From contig CAVYIL010000005.1 of the NCBI GenBank assembly GCA_963768325.1, positions 44,172 to 108,171 on the forward strand: a DNA stretch of 64,000 bases, in the 5' to 3' direction. The notes beneath the pieces are model-generated. The model ran no database searches and had not been told where the DNA came from. It saw only the letters and a program-made list of their open reading frames with translations. Shown piece by piece: positions 1 to 10,472 of this stretch. This stretch comes from an uncultured Flavobacteriaceae bacterium. GTDB taxonomy: Bacteria; Bacteroidota; Bacteroidia; Flavobacteriales; Flavobacteriaceae. Within the stretch, counting starts at the first letter, position 1. Each line of letters begins with the position of its first letter. The position numbers were made by a program, and so were the translations under genes.

Positions 1-1
1 T

Positions 2-343
2 CTTAGCAAGAAATTCTTTTGCTGACTTAACCATTTTTTCATAAAGTTGTGCTTTGATACCATTATCAATAGCAAGTTTATTTTCTTCAACGTAAGATTC
101 GGCAACATAATCAAAGTAAGAGTCGATTTGATCGATGATGTGTTCATCAATGTATTCAACTGCTTTTTCTTCAAGTTTGCCCATTTCTTGTTCTTTGTAT
201 TCCTCAAAGTGTTCTTCGAGTTCACCAACTTTTGCTTTTACTGCTTCAGTGATTTTTGCTTCAACAAGAACTGTTATTTTTTCTTTAACATCTTCAGTTA
301 AAACTTCACTTTTAACATTTTCAAAAATCTTATCTAATTCCAT
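2..343 (-). CDS. gp22: Prohead core scaffold protein (T4 gp22-like), 5' part; runs off the window start
   Basis: Not in ORF track. Manual translation MELDKIFENVKSEVLTEDVKEKITVLVEAKI...DSYFDYVAESYVEENKLAIDNGIK resembles gp22; AGGAG RBS, TATAAATA late promoter at 384-391, and gp21-gp22 synteny. Confidence 0.85.
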   Translation of the reverse strand, partial: MELDKIFENVKSEVLTEDVKEKITVLVEAKITEAVKAKVGELEEHFEEYKEQEMGKLEEKAVEYIDEHIIDQIDSYFDYVAESYVEENKLAIDNGIKAQLYEKMVKSAKEFLAK

Positions 344-383
344 AATTTTTCTCCTATATAATTTAATAGCAAATCTGTATAAT

Positions 384-391
384 TATTTATA
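384..391 (-). promoter_or_regulatory. T4-type late promoter TATAAATA (representative)
   Basis: Also at 4111, 5037, 8458, 13527, 17872, 23134, 29525, 36741, 38126, 42514, 55675, 59416 and 61002, mostly just upstream of RBSs of structural, tagged or endonuclease genes. Confidence 0.8.
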
Positions 392-413
392 CTTTTTGCA
401 AATTAAAACTGTT

Positions 414-1405
414 TTATTTTTTCTTCTTTACAGATGAAGATCCTTTGCGTTTGTTTTTTTGCCTTGTCAACTTAGCACTTCTCATACGTTTAACAGCAGT
501 ACGTTTGTTGCTTTTGATCCTTTCCCTGTAACTTTTGGTTGCTCCTGCAACATCTTTAACATATACCCACTTGTTCTTTTCCGCATCCCATTCTATAGTG
601 AAGAAAGTTGATGGGCCTTTCTGTCCTTTCTTCAAGTCTCTCGTAATTTTTTTAACTAACCAAAGATTTCCTTTAGGGTCTGTCTTCTTAGAATATCCTG
701 TGGGCACTTTAACCTTCAGTTCGTTTCTATGATCTCTATAGAGATTCTTTTTGCGTACTCTGATTAAATTTTTCTTAGGAACAGGTTTTGAATTCCCATC
801 CGTTGATTTTTCTTCATTTTCTTCATAAAGAAAAAGTGCTTCACTGAAATTCATTTCAGTTCCTAGAAGTCTTCCGACTTTCAATCCTGACATAAATCCA
901 TCAACTTTCTTCATGAAGTTGTTAGATGCATCCGTTTCAAACATAGCAATACCTTTAAGTAATGCAACTGCTTTTGCTTGGGTTTCATTATCTTTTGACC
1001 ACTTCATGTTGATAAGATCACCAATTGCTTTTTTTGTCTTGTCTTCTGCTGATTCAACAATTTTTTTCTTGATAGCATCGGGAGGAACTTCATCAGCATC
1101 AACTTGTCCTTTTTCAATTTTCACTTTAGCACGATCAAATGGTTTCCCATCTTCTTTCATCTTTTTCTCTATGTCTTTAAGAAATTCTGCCAACTCGTCT
1201 GCGGAATCAAACTTAACACGATCTTTAACATCAGATTTTTCAGAAGGAACAAAGTCTTGTCCTTTTGATGTGTTAGTAAAATAAGATCCACCCGAACCCT
1301 TTACCTTATCAACTGTAAGATAAAATGCTGGAGCAACTTCCATTCCTGCCTTCTTCTAAATATTCTTTGATGCTATCACCTAAGAAATCGTTTAACGATT
1401 CCCAT
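414..1405 (-). CDS. Probable prohead core / head protein with a basic gp68-like C-terminus; 5' end disturbed by indels
   Basis: ORF 414-1343. ATG at 1405 with RBS gives MESLNDFLGDSIKEYLEE after removing single extra G's. Highly basic C-terminus RERIKSNKRTAVKRMRSAK; located in the head cluster. Confidence 0.45.
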
Positions 1406-2309
1406 TATTTTTCTCCTTTATCTGTAGGTATATTCGGATTTAAGTGTTTCAACTTTCCCGATTGTTTAACAGTTAGATAACCATTTTCTTCTGCAAATTT
1501 TTTGATTCCTTTGCAGAATTCTTTTTTCTTTTTATCATCAATCAGATTCAGCAACTTTTTCTATACTTGCAAACACTTCCTTCTTTGTACCTTCATTAAC
1601 ATCGTGTTGTGGTTTAAACTTGTAACCAGTTCTTGACAAATCGATTTCATTAAGGAAATTATCATAGAGTTTAACTATACCTTCTTCAAGTTCTTCTTTT
1701 TTCAAAGAATGAATTGCAGATTTATATTCTAATATAGTAGATTCTTGAATAACACCGTCTGTTAATTCATAGTGCTTGCCTTCGAGAACAGAGTCTACCC
1801 ATGCTTCGGGGGCAGATGGATCACCAACAACATCGTTAGTCAACCATCGATAACCCTCTTTTACATAAGTTGCTCAAGAACCTCTCATGAAGTTCTCCCA
1901 AACCACGAGTAGATGTACCAAGTCGCAGACCTTCTTTTGCAAGTGCCATACAGGTTACACCGTTTGTAGTTGTAGATAAAACTTTTGCTTCACCAATAAA
2001 ATTGTTTCCATCTTGTTTCATCGATTTAATTAATATCACCGCATTTTTAAGTTCGGGTTGTGGTTCTTTTGGATGATCAAGTTCTCCAGGAATTCCACCA
2101 TTAGCACTAATGGTTTTAATCATGTTGTAACATTCTGATTCCAAAACACCCAAAGGATAAATCCTTCCGTTCTTATTTTTAACTTCTGCTTGTGCGAAAA
2201 TTCCACGTAATACTAAACTTTTCTCACCTTCCTTAGACTCAAGTACTTTTTGTTCAAGTACAAAGTCATTATCGGTTGGCATATAAAACTCTCTTAAAAG
2301 TTCGACCAT
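1405..2309 (-). CDS. gp21: Prohead protease (T4 gp21-like), split by two apparent indels
   Basis: GIFAQAEVKNKNGRIYP, GELDHP, GTSTRGLG, then in another frame DVVGDPSAPEAWV; ORFs 1836-2309 + 1538-1843 + tail to 1405. Confidence 0.93.
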
Positions 2310-2310
2310 T

Positions 2311-3036
2311 TTAAACTCCTATTTTCTTGTATTCATAAAACGTAATTCCGTTTTTGTGTCTATATTTATTTATACATTTTTCATCTATTAATGTTGCTTT
2401 GACGAAGATTTTGTATTTGCTTCTTATACCCCGTCTTAATTCTGATAATGCTCCAATATGGTGTTTGTTTGCAATTGCCCATTCATTTATACCTCTTGTA
2501 AATATAATTCCATTTCCATAAACATCTTCTAGATACCATTTTTTTAAACAATTATTATTTAATTTTCTACTATTTATTCTTTTTTCGATATTTTTTCTCT
2601 TTTGTTTTCTTCCCGTAAAAAATTTACTGATTTGATTTTTTTGTTTTTCAGAAATAATTCTACCCTTTGCTTTTTTCAACATTTTCTTTTTTGTCTCTTC
2701 AGAATGTTTTCTCCCTAGCATTGGAGGTTTTATAACATCTTTAACGATATTATATCCTATGTCTCTATTACAAACATCTAATTTATTAATATAATATTGT
2801 TCTCTTTTTAGTAAATTTTTAGTTGTTTCTAAAATCTCAACTTTAAAATTTACTCTACTATATTTATTCCAAGATCTTTGTAAATGTTTGTTAGAGTGTG
2901 TATTCTTTTTTAATTTAACAATATGATTATAAATTCTTTTTTTAATTTTTATAGATGAACCTATATACATTTTATTATTTACTGTATTTGTTATTTTATA
3001 AATTCCTTCAACATTTTTCAAATGTTTTGTTTCCAT
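2311..3036 (-). CDS. GIY-YIG homing endonuclease with NUMOD3 motif (Seg-like)
   Basis: GIYKITNTVNNKMYIGSS, REQYYI, GYNI, GRKHSEETKKKM. Confidence 0.92.
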   Translation of the reverse strand: METKHLKNVEGIYKITNTVNNKMYIGSSIKIKKRIYNHIVKLKKNTHSNKHLQRSWNKYSRVNFKVEILETTKNLLKREQYYINKLDVCNRDIGYNIVKDVIKPPMLGRKHSEETKKKMLKKAKGRIISEKQKNQISKFFTGRKQKRKNIEKRINSRKLNNNCLKKWYLEDVYGNGIIFTRGINEWAIANKHHIGALSELRRGIRSKYKIFVKATLIDEKCINKYRHKNGITFYEYKKIGV

Positions 3037-3126
3037 CGTATCTCCTCAATAGAAAAATAATATAGGAAGTAATCTTTACTCATTGAGGTTTCAAGAAAAG
3101 GTGTCAACTCCTCTGTCCTTCCTACA

Positions 3127-3333
3127 TTAAATCTTAAATACTAATTCGTCTTCATCATCGTCGTCTTCATCATCATCATCGTCGTCTTTTTCTTTTTTCT
3201 TTTTATCTTTCTTCTCTTCTTTTTCTTCTTCGTCTTTTTCACAATCCCCATCTTCTTCTAGGGTTTCTTCTTCATCGAGGACTTCGTCTTCTTTTATAAC
3301 GTCTTTTTCAATTAAATAATCACTAAATTTCAT
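3127..3333 (-). CDS. Small acidic head/core protein with MKFSDYLIE N-terminus
   Basis: ORF track; Asp/Glu-rich; head cluster. Confidence 0.6.
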   Translation of the reverse strand: MKFSDYLIEKDVIKEDEVLDEEETLEEDGDCEKDEEEKEEKKDKKKKEKDDDDDDEDDDDEDELVFKI

Positions 3334-3349
3334 TTTTTTTAACTCCTAA

Positions 3350-3693
3350 TTATATTTTTGGGATTTGTCCCTTTTTTCTTCCTACTTCCATCCATTTCTG
3401 CCCCTTCTTACTTTTAAGAAAGGCATGTAATCCTTGTTTGGGCCCCTCTCCATGGTTAATATCACTCTCTTGAAAATTTCTTCCCCAAAGAGTACCTCCC
3501 CAACCACCACCTGGATGATACCAAATCTTCCCAACTTCTTTTTTTGATTTATCAAATATTTTCCATTCTTTACTTTCTAAATCATCTAAATCAAAATTTC
3601 TCATTTCTTTTTTATCAAACTTTACCATTAATCCTTTTGCTTCGGGGGGAGAGGTTGGGAGTTTGCTTCAAGTAAATAATCTTTGAATTTCAT
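3350..3693 (-). CDS. Hypothetical protein with MKFKDYLLE N-terminus (indel near 3650)
   Basis: ATG at 3693 overlaps the upstream stop and reads MKFKDYLLEA; joins ORF 3350-3628 after a frameshift near a C-run. Confidence 0.6.
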
Positions 3694-4070
3694 TTCTTTT
3701 TACTCTTTTTACTATCTTCGTATCCTTTTCTCAAGGATTCACCTTCTTCACTGTTCTTATCTTTATATTGACTACAAAGCATGGCAACAGGATTTTCAAC
3801 TCCAGGATATCCACCTTTGCCTTTTGATGCAACAAGTCCTTTAATGTATTCGAACACATCATCGGGAACCATATTATCATTTTTATCTTCTGCTTCTGTA
3901 ATGCCTAAGTTGGTGTCTTGAATTATGTCATTTTTTCGATCAATAATTTTTTGACTAATCTTTTCTTTTACTATTTCACGAAAATCTCTTGCAAAAGAAG
4001 TAGGATCATCGTTAATGACATGTTTAATCATACCGTGTATCTTAGGTTTTTGTTTTCCTTTTAAATCCAT
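3690..4070 (-). CDS. Prohead core protein gp67-like
   Basis: INDDPTSFARDFREIVKEKISQKIIDRKNDI resembles the gp67 N-terminal helix; downstream of portal; late promoter 4111-4118. Confidence 0.55.
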   Translation of the reverse strand: MDLKGKQKPKIHGMIKHVINDDPTSFARDFREIVKEKISQKIIDRKNDIIQDTNLGITEAEDKNDNMVPDDVFEYIKGLVASKGKGGYPGVENPVAMLCSQYKDKNSEEGESLRKGYEDSKKSKKK

Positions 4071-4113
4071 AATTTTTCTCCTATTTATGTTTTATAAATC
4101 TGTACATTATTAT

Positions 4114-5001
4114 TTATACTAGTAAGCAGTATAAATCCTTTTTAAATTCTTCTTCAGTTCTCATTCTTTTGGAGGAATTTAAACTTCTTTTTGTTATTCC
4201 TAAATTATTTATACTTCCTATGATTTTAGGATCTATATCGTTTACGAATCCATAATAAATAGATTTTTTATGATCTATAGTTGGGTAGTTTTTATTATTA
4301 TAATGTAAACTCATATTCTCTTTGATGTATTCATTATCATAGTAATCATATCCACTCCATTTATTAAATAATTCTTTTTTGCATGATCTAGTATATGACC
4401 AAACTTTTCTGTTATAAATATCGTACCTTTCTACAAACTCTAATGGGGTACAATACCCATGTTCAATTAATGATCTTATATACTCCTTTGAACGTGCATA
4501 ATGTTTTACTCCATATTTTTGTAAATTTGTTTGTTTTGCTTTTTCATAATTGACATAATATTTTCCATATTTTTTTAACATGGTATCTTTTGCCTTTTTT
4601 CTGTTGGTATAGTGTTTTACTCCATATTTTTTTAACATTGTATTTTTACATTTTTTTCTGTTGTTAAAATTGGCATCTCCATATTTTTTTAGACAGGTTT
4701 CTTTTGCCCCCTTCCTGTTGTTAAAATTAGCATCTCCATATTTTTTTAGACAAGTTTCTTTTGTTTGAACCCTTGTAAAAACGGAAGTACACTTTAAAGA
4801 ACAATATTTTCTATATCCTTCTGATATATTTTTAAATTTAGTTTTTCTTAAACACTTACATATATCTTCGTTGTCTTTTTTTAAGTATATGTCATAATAT
4901 TGTTTTGTTGGTATTTTATGAAGTTTTGATATGTGACTACGTAACCCAACGTAACCGTTACATTTTTTTCCACAAATTTTACAATTGATTTTTTCTTCCA
5001 T
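4114..5001 (-). CDS. HNH-type homing endonuclease with KYGVxN repeats and an N-terminal C2H2 finger
   Basis: CKICG..HISKLH, repeated TCLKKYGDANFNNR/TMLKKYGV, TIDHKKS...INNLGITKRSLNSSK. Confidence 0.8.
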   Translation of the reverse strand: MEEKINCKICGKKCNGYVGLRSHISKLHKIPTKQYYDIYLKKDNEDICKCLRKTKFKNISEGYRKYCSLKCTSVFTRVQTKETCLKKYGDANFNNRKGAKETCLKKYGDANFNNRKKCKNTMLKKYGVKHYTNRKKAKDTMLKKYGKYYVNYEKAKQTNLQKYGVKHYARSKEYIRSLIEHGYCTPLEFVERYDIYNRKVWSYTRSCKKELFNKWSGYDYYDNEYIKENMSLHYNNKNYPTIDHKKSIYYGFVNDIDPKIIGSINNLGITKRSLNSSKRMRTEEEFKKDLYCLLV

Positions 5002-5124
5002 GGATGACTCCTAGTAAGTCGGCAAACTTACATTATTATTTATACAGGACAGGGAAGAAAACGGAGTCTGAGACAATTTTCTTCCTTTTCGGATTGCCGT
5101 CCTATTCCTGTACATATCTATTTA

Positions 5125-6690
5125 TCAATAAGACTCCTCATCATCAGGATATAATGTGCGTTCTTCTTCTAGTTTTTTGTAATGCTCTTTGATTTCTTCA
5201 TCTGATCTGTCAAATATCAACTTGTGGATATCACGTTTAGTGACCCATTTTCCTACTGCTTCTTCTGCGGTACTAAGTATATTAAGTTTTTGCTCCAACA
5301 GGGAAAGTCTTTTTGCCTGTACGAATTGAGTATCTGATTTATAATTAAAACAAATCTTTCTTTTTATCTCCGACCATTCGTGTTTTGCAATAACATTCTT
5401 TCTAACAAGTTGAACATGTAGTAATTTAAAGAAAAGAGTGTTAAACTTTCCACGCAATCTATCAATATATTTTGAGAATTTTAATTCCTCTCTAGTAATT
5501 TCATTTGCGGTCTGTGCTATTACAGAAGTATTTTGTGCATTATCTTTATCTATTCTACCCTGTGGAACATTCAATGCCCTATATGCTTTCGTTTTAAAAT
5601 ATTCCAAATCATCTATAGTTCCAAGATCTCCACCACCTGGAATTGTTTCAATTTGTGTACCTTTATCATTTCTTCTAAGAAGGAAAAAATCTTCTAGGAT
5701 AGATGGGTGTTTGTTCTTGCTTACCAACGTACCTTTGGAATCATCATACACTTTCTTTTGAGTATATGTATTCATAACCTGTCGCAAATATTCTTCTGCT
5801 TTTTTAGGAGGAAGGTTGCCTGGATCTATATAGAAAACTCTACGTTCAGGAGCACGAACCAATCTGTAAATAAGAAAGTGATCTTCCAAAGTATCAAGTC
5901 TGTTTATATCACGCATAGCATAATGAAGGTATGAAATAGGAAATCTCATTTCTCTGTCATAAACTCCCGATGGAACCATTACTAGCAGTTCATCTGGTAT
6001 TATTACCGCAACTTCTTTTACTTCATTATAAGTATCAGAAGTCGTTCGGGATTTAATATCACTATTATCATATACCCAAAATTTCTTTCTGCTCTTTGTA
6101 TCCTCATGTCTTTTAAGGAATAGTGGTGACATAAGTTTTATTTTTTTAATACCATCTTGTATCTTTTTTTCATCATATATGATTTGTACTATAAGTCTAC
6201 CATCAACGAACCATCTACGAAAATATTCATCACCCATATCATCAAAATCAAGCAAGTCCATTATATACTTAAATTCGTTTACTATTTTTTCCCTTACGTT
6301 TTCCTTTAACTTATCCTGTGGATCATTAAAAGAAATGTCTACAGGGTCTTGAAAATGATCTTCTTTGTATATCGCTTGATTTATAATTTCCCATATTGCT
6401 TCATTAACAAATCCTAGTTCAGATATCTTTCTGTACTGCATGATCATGTCATTGACATTGTAACCATCCATATTATTGATCTGCAATAAACTAGAGTATC
6501 CCGAACCCGAAACAACATCAACATCAAGTTTATCAATAGCATCGACCGCAACCTCAGTAGAGTTTTTTACACTATTATCTTTTTCTTCTTTACCAAATGG
6601 TTGTTCTAATTTTTTGACTATATCGGGTTTTAAATAATAATTTAAAGATTCTTTTAATGATCCTAGTAAACTTCTTTTTTCATCTGCCAT
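5125..6690 (-). CDS. gp20: Portal protein (T4 gp20)
   Basis: FRRWFVDGR, LIYRLVRAPERRVFYIDPGNLPPKKAEEYL, LEDFFL, ITREELKFSKYIDRLR. Confidence 0.97.
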   Translation of the reverse strand: MADEKRSLLGSLKESLNYYLKPDIVKKLEQPFGKEEKDNSVKNSTEVAVDAIDKLDVDVVSGSGYSSLLQINNMDGYNVNDMIMQYRKISELGFVNEAIWEIINQAIYKEDHFQDPVDISFNDPQDKLKENVREKIVNEFKYIMDLLDFDDMGDEYFRRWFVDGRLIVQIIYDEKKIQDGIKKIKLMSPLFLKRHEDTKSRKKFWVYDNSDIKSRTTSDTYNEVKEVAVIIPDELLVMVPSGVYDREMRFPISYLHYAMRDINRLDTLEDHFLIYRLVRAPERRVFYIDPGNLPPKKAEEYLRQVMNTYTQKKVYDDSKGTLVSKNKHPSILEDFFLLRRNDKGTQIETIPGGGDLGTIDDLEYFKTKAYRALNVPQGRIDKDNAQNTSVIAQTANEITREELKFSKYIDRLRGKFNTLFFKLLHVQLVRKNVIAKHEWSEIKRKICFNYKSDTQFVQAKRLSLLEQKLNILSTAEEAVGKWVTKRDIHKLIFDRSDEEIKEHYKKLEEERTLYPDDEESY

Positions 6691-6721
6691 TATAATATTC
6701 CTATAGTATTATTTATCTTTT

Positions 6722-7354
6722 TTACTGAGTGTGTTTTTTAATATATACTCTCACTTGATGTTCTGTGGCATCAACCCAATCTGCCGATGTGTAGTACATA
6801 CTGTTTTCCATATCAGTATTTTTAATTCTTATTGCTTGAAGACCACGCAACTTCCTAACGTTCGTCCACAAGTATCGTTTAACCGCAACTCTTATATGTC
6901 TTTTAACCGATCCCAAACTACTTTGTATCATATTCCAACTAATCGGTATAAGTCTTTCATTGGCAAAAAATCTAGCACCATATGTTTTTATAAAGTGAGT
7001 AAGAATCAATGCTCTATACTTTGGTAATATGTAATGGAAGTTTACCGCAGTAAACCCCTTTCGATCAACTTCAAACACAAACACTAATGGGTATGCATCA
7101 TAGAATTTTAATTTTCCTTGTTCATATAACTTGCTATCGTATCTAAACATATAGAAGTAACCTGGATATTTTATAAGAAAATCTAATGGGTTGGAGTCAG
7201 GAGTTGCTTCTGGATTTTTTAATGTATCAACTTTATCCATTAACCATATGTATGCTTTCTTTTGGTTACGTTCAAAGGATTCATTTATTTCTTCTACAGC
7301 AACCTTGATCCTTTTTATTGCTCTACCTATAAAATCGTTTAAGTTTCCTGCCAT
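6722..7354 (-). CDS. gp2: DNA end protector protein (T4 gp2-like), copy 1
   Basis: PGYFYMFRYDSK..KFYDAYPLVF..GFTAVNFHYILPKYR..AVKRYL. Confidence 0.85.
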   Translation of the reverse strand: MAGNLNDFIGRAIKRIKVAVEEINESFERNQKKAYIWLMDKVDTLKNPEATPDSNPLDFLIKYPGYFYMFRYDSKLYEQGKLKFYDAYPLVFVFEVDRKGFTAVNFHYILPKYRALILTHFIKTYGARFFANERLIPISWNMIQSSLGSVKRHIRVAVKRYLWTNVRKLRGLQAIRIKNTDMENSMYYTSADWVDATEHQVRVYIKKHTQ

Positions 7355-7368
7355 GTTATAGTCCTAAA

Positions 7369-7854
7369 CTACTCCACAATTTTGTTGCTGATATTCCTAA
7401 GAAATTTGAACTCAGGAACTGTAATTGCTTTTTCCATTTCTGTATTTTCTAATCCTATGGTCTTTCTCATTCTTGCTCTGATATATAACTTAACCATAAA
7501 TGTTGCGTATCTTATTTCGGGACTAATCTTATTCCACGTCACTCCTGGCAATCTCTTATCCTTATCCCATTGTTTTTTATACAACTTCTTTAACTTATTT
7601 ATTACTCTTGTTCTTCTTTTTATCGGTATATAATGAAAATTTAATCCTAACACATGAGTTTCACTTTTTCCTAAACATAAAATCAAAGGGGATTGGTCAT
7701 AGTATGGTATAAGATCATTTTCATATAATTTACTATCATACTCAAAAGAATAGAACTGTCCATCCCTAATGTTATTTCCTTTCTTCCTGTTTGGTTTCTT
7801 TTTGAACTTATCCTTAAACCATTGTATTAAAGATTTTTCTTCTAGTCTTTTCAT
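7369..7854 (-). CDS. gp2: DNA end protector protein (T4 gp2-like), copy 2
   Basis: GQFYSFEYDSK..PYYDQSPLIL..VLGLNFHYIP..MVKLY. Confidence 0.8.
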   Translation of the reverse strand: MKRLEEKSLIQWFKDKFKKKPNRKKGNNIRDGQFYSFEYDSKLYENDLIPYYDQSPLILCLGKSETHVLGLNFHYIPIKRRTRVINKLKKLYKKQWDKDKRLPGVTWNKISPEIRYATFMVKLYIRARMRKTIGLENTEMEKAITVPEFKFLRNISNKIVE

Positions 7855-7950
7855 ATATTATACAAACACACACCATTGTCCGTATGTATATATCCAATGC
7901 ACATACGCAAGAGTACCGATTCCAATTATAATTGTGTTCATGTTTCCTTC

Positions 7951-8439
7951 CTATTTTCCAAAAACAAGATCCCTCTCCGTGATAACTTGAAATGACCAAC
8001 CACGTTTTCTACAATATTCTCTAGCATACTTCCACTTTGCTTGGTTGGTAGTCCAGGTTTTTACTGTATAGTACTTTGTTTTTTCGCTCATACCTTCTGT
8101 TAGATATGGTTTATCTTGTGCTTCATGAAACGGTTTTATTTCTACTAATGCTTCTTTGACTTTTCCTTTCGGGTTAATATATTTCATATATACATCGGGG
8201 AAATATCTGTGATTTCTATTGTCAACAGGAGATTTATAAACTACACAAATCTCCTCACTTGACCATGAGATAATGTTTTCCGATCTATCTAGGTACTTAA
8301 CAAACGAAATTTCATACGAGGAACGAATATCAATTCTTTCACGATTTTTTCCACAGTATTTTTCTGGATGTTGTAACATACTAGCAGATATAGTTCGTTG
8401 ATTGTATTTGCTTTTCTGTTGATGTAATCCCTTTACCAT
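7951..8439 (-). CDS. gp4: Head completion nuclease (T4 gp4, TnsA-like)
   Basis: RSSYE, WSSEE, YKSPVDNRNHRYFPD, VEIKP, NQAKWKYA. Confidence 0.93.
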   Translation of the reverse strand: MVKGLHQQKSKYNQRTISASMLQHPEKYCGKNRERIDIRSSYEISFVKYLDRSENIISWSSEEICVVYKSPVDNRNHRYFPDVYMKYINPKGKVKEALVEIKPFHEAQDKPYLTEGMSEKTKYYTVKTWTTNQAKWKYAREYCRKRGWSFQVITERDLVFGK

Positions 8440-8484
8440 TAGTATAACCTCTAATGTTATTTATAGTATATGGAATTTGGGAAC

Positions 8485-8510
8485 AAAAAAGGGGACGTTG
8501 CCGTCCCCTC
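8485..8510 (-). terminator. Rho-independent terminator after gp32
   Basis: GGGGACG-GCAA-CGTCCCC-TTTTTT on the minus strand. Confidence 0.9.
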
Positions 8511-8574
8511 TCTTACGTTTATAATAAACTTAATTTAACTATTCCATATCATCGAAATAATCATCAGTATCATC

Positions 8575-9462
8575 TTAAACCTTTTCATCGGAGTCTTCCG
8601 TTTCAACAGGTGTTTCAACGGTTTCTTCTTCGGGTTCAGTTTCTTCTTCGGTTTCATCGAGATCGTCTACAGTTTGTGCAACCGTAGTTTTTCCTGTTAC
8701 AATACCAATCCTCTTTTCAAGATATTCTTTTTGCTTGAAAAGTTTTTTGTTTGTAGGATCAACATACTGATTTATATCATAAAGTGTTTCAAAGATTTTC
8801 TCGAATTCTTCATCCGATACTTCTAAGGCACTCTTAGACATAAATGCACATTCATCATAGTTAGGATATGAATTGCCATTCTTATCCTTAACGGTCTTAA
8901 TTTTCAGTTTAAAATTAGCACCACCCTCAAGAGGATCAAAGGCATCAAGAGTTTCTTCACCCTCGAAGTCTGATTGTCCTGCTGACATGATTTTTTCATA
9001 AACTTTTTTACCAAACCTAAAAGGGAATACCTTTCCAACTGCTTCGGGATTAGCATCATCTTTGACTACATAAATGTTAGCAAAGAAATATGTTTTTCGT
9101 GACCGACCTTGTTTTCGTACAATCTTATCTCCAAGACCTGCATCCCAAAGTTCATTGTTTACACTACAACATGGACAACTTTCTCCTTTAAAGGTAGTGG
9201 GACAATTTTCAATATACCATTGACCTTTGTTTTGGAATGAGTGTTCATATCTCATAACCATAGGGGAATCATCGGGGTTTTTGTTTGGTAGAAATCGGAT
9301 GATAGCAAATGCGTTACCAACTTTATCACGAGTGTATTGCCATGTGTCAGCAGTACCATCAGAAAAGTCTTTATTCTTTCCTGTTTTCTCTTTGATTTTC
9401 TCGATTGTGCTTGCTACGTTCCTTCTAGATTGTTTATACTTCTCAAATGCACTTTGTGCCAT
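8575..9462 (-). CDS. gp32: Single-stranded DNA-binding protein (T4 gp32)
   Basis: GNAFAIIRFLP, WYIENCPTT, CPCC, NIYVVKD, FGKKVYEKI, GANFKLKI, NYDEC, acidic tail; ATG 9462 with AGGAG. Confidence 0.97.
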   Translation of the reverse strand: MAQSAFEKYKQSRRNVASTIEKIKEKTGKNKDFSDGTADTWQYTRDKVGNAFAIIRFLPNKNPDDSPMVMRYEHSFQNKGQWYIENCPTTFKGESCPCCSVNNELWDAGLGDKIVRKQGRSRKTYFFANIYVVKDDANPEAVGKVFPFRFGKKVYEKIMSAGQSDFEGEETLDAFDPLEGGANFKLKIKTVKDKNGNSYPNYDECAFMSKSALEVSDEEFEKIFETLYDINQYVDPTNKKLFKQKEYLEKRIGIVTGKTTVAQTVDDLDETEEETEPEEETVETPVETEDSDEKV

Positions 9463-9543
9463 AATTTTCTCCTGTTTTGTCACTATTCAAAGTGATCAAC
9501 ATTTTTATTTTTTGTCACAACGTTTACCGTTGCAATCTCATAT

Positions 9544-9572
9544 ATTATATAATGATATACATTATAAATCAA
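9544..9572 (-). promoter_or_regulatory. Sigma70-type phage promoter TTGATY-N11-TCATNN-TATAAT (representative copy; 9 seen)
   Basis: Same motif with 17-bp spacing at 9544-9572, 9923-9951, 15018-15046, 19558-19586, 22903-22931, 28361-28389, 46036-46064, 58239-58267 and 59423-59451, each ahead of a minus-strand gene. Confidence 0.85.
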
Positions 9573-9952
9573 ATTTATTTATACTTAATTTTTCTCTCCA
9601 AATAGTTCTTCGGGATTATTATGTTCTTCCTTTTCTTCAAACAATTCACATTGGAATCCATGCCTACGGATCTCCCTGACCATTATCTTTAAGAAGTCAC
9701 TATACTGTTCGGTCTTTTTGAATAACACAATAACCACCATCTCCAATGAGATTGATTATTTCTTCTATTTGTTCATCAGTATAATTCAAACCTTTTAACA
9801 TATACTTTGCTTCGTCTGCACTATGATTTTTATCATCGTACAGTATCAGATTCCATCCCTTGTCATATCCATAGTATGGTATAACCTTATCACTAATCAT
9901 TTTTTCCACATTCATTACCTATATTATATAATGAATTAGATAGCAAATCAAG

Positions 9953-10472
9953 TTATGCTACTTCATCATTATCTTCATCATAGAGATCAAACGTATCGAA
10001 AACAAAAGACATTGTTATAGTTTTCTTCCGTTCCCTGCGTTGTTATCTCACCACCGTCTATACTTTCTATTTGCAATCCTCTCAAAGAGAATTTTATTTT
10101 TTGTGTTCTTAAACTATTATCGAAAACAAGAATAGTTCCGTTAGTTTTATAAGAGGGTCTAGTAATAAACCTTGCCCTACCACCATCGGATGTACTTGTA
10201 TCGACTTTTCCTAGCAACCATCTGTATGCTTCTTTATATACAGTATAGTCTTCATCTACAAAGCAAGTAATGCTTATGTTTCCATAAGTTATTTTTGTAC
10301 CTTCCAACTTTACTGTAGTGTGCATAGTTTCCAATTCATCTTGACCTATGTTTATATCGGGAATTGAAAATGTTTTGATCCACCAAAGTATCTCTGGTTT
10401 ATCTTCTAACAATAACAATGCACGACTATTATAGGCATTGGATAAATTGGTTGTTGCTGTTTTCTTTGGCAT
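9953..10472 (-). CDS. gp3: Tail completion/terminator protein (T4 gp3-like); indel near 3' end
   Basis: FSIPDINIG..GTKITYGNISITCFVDEDYTVYKEAYRWL; C-terminus continues ITMSFVFDTF in another frame. Confidence 0.75.

Noticed and set aside
4490-4765. DNA repeats in 4114-5001 as a separate repeat element
   Set aside because: They encode the KYGxxN protein repeats typical of this endonuclease family.
8539-8577. In-frame TAA in gp32 followed by a typical acidic tail DDTDDYFDDME, suggesting stop-codon recoding
   Set aside because: Single instance; TAA, TAG and TGA all act as normal stops elsewhere and coding density is high under the standard code. Probably a base error.
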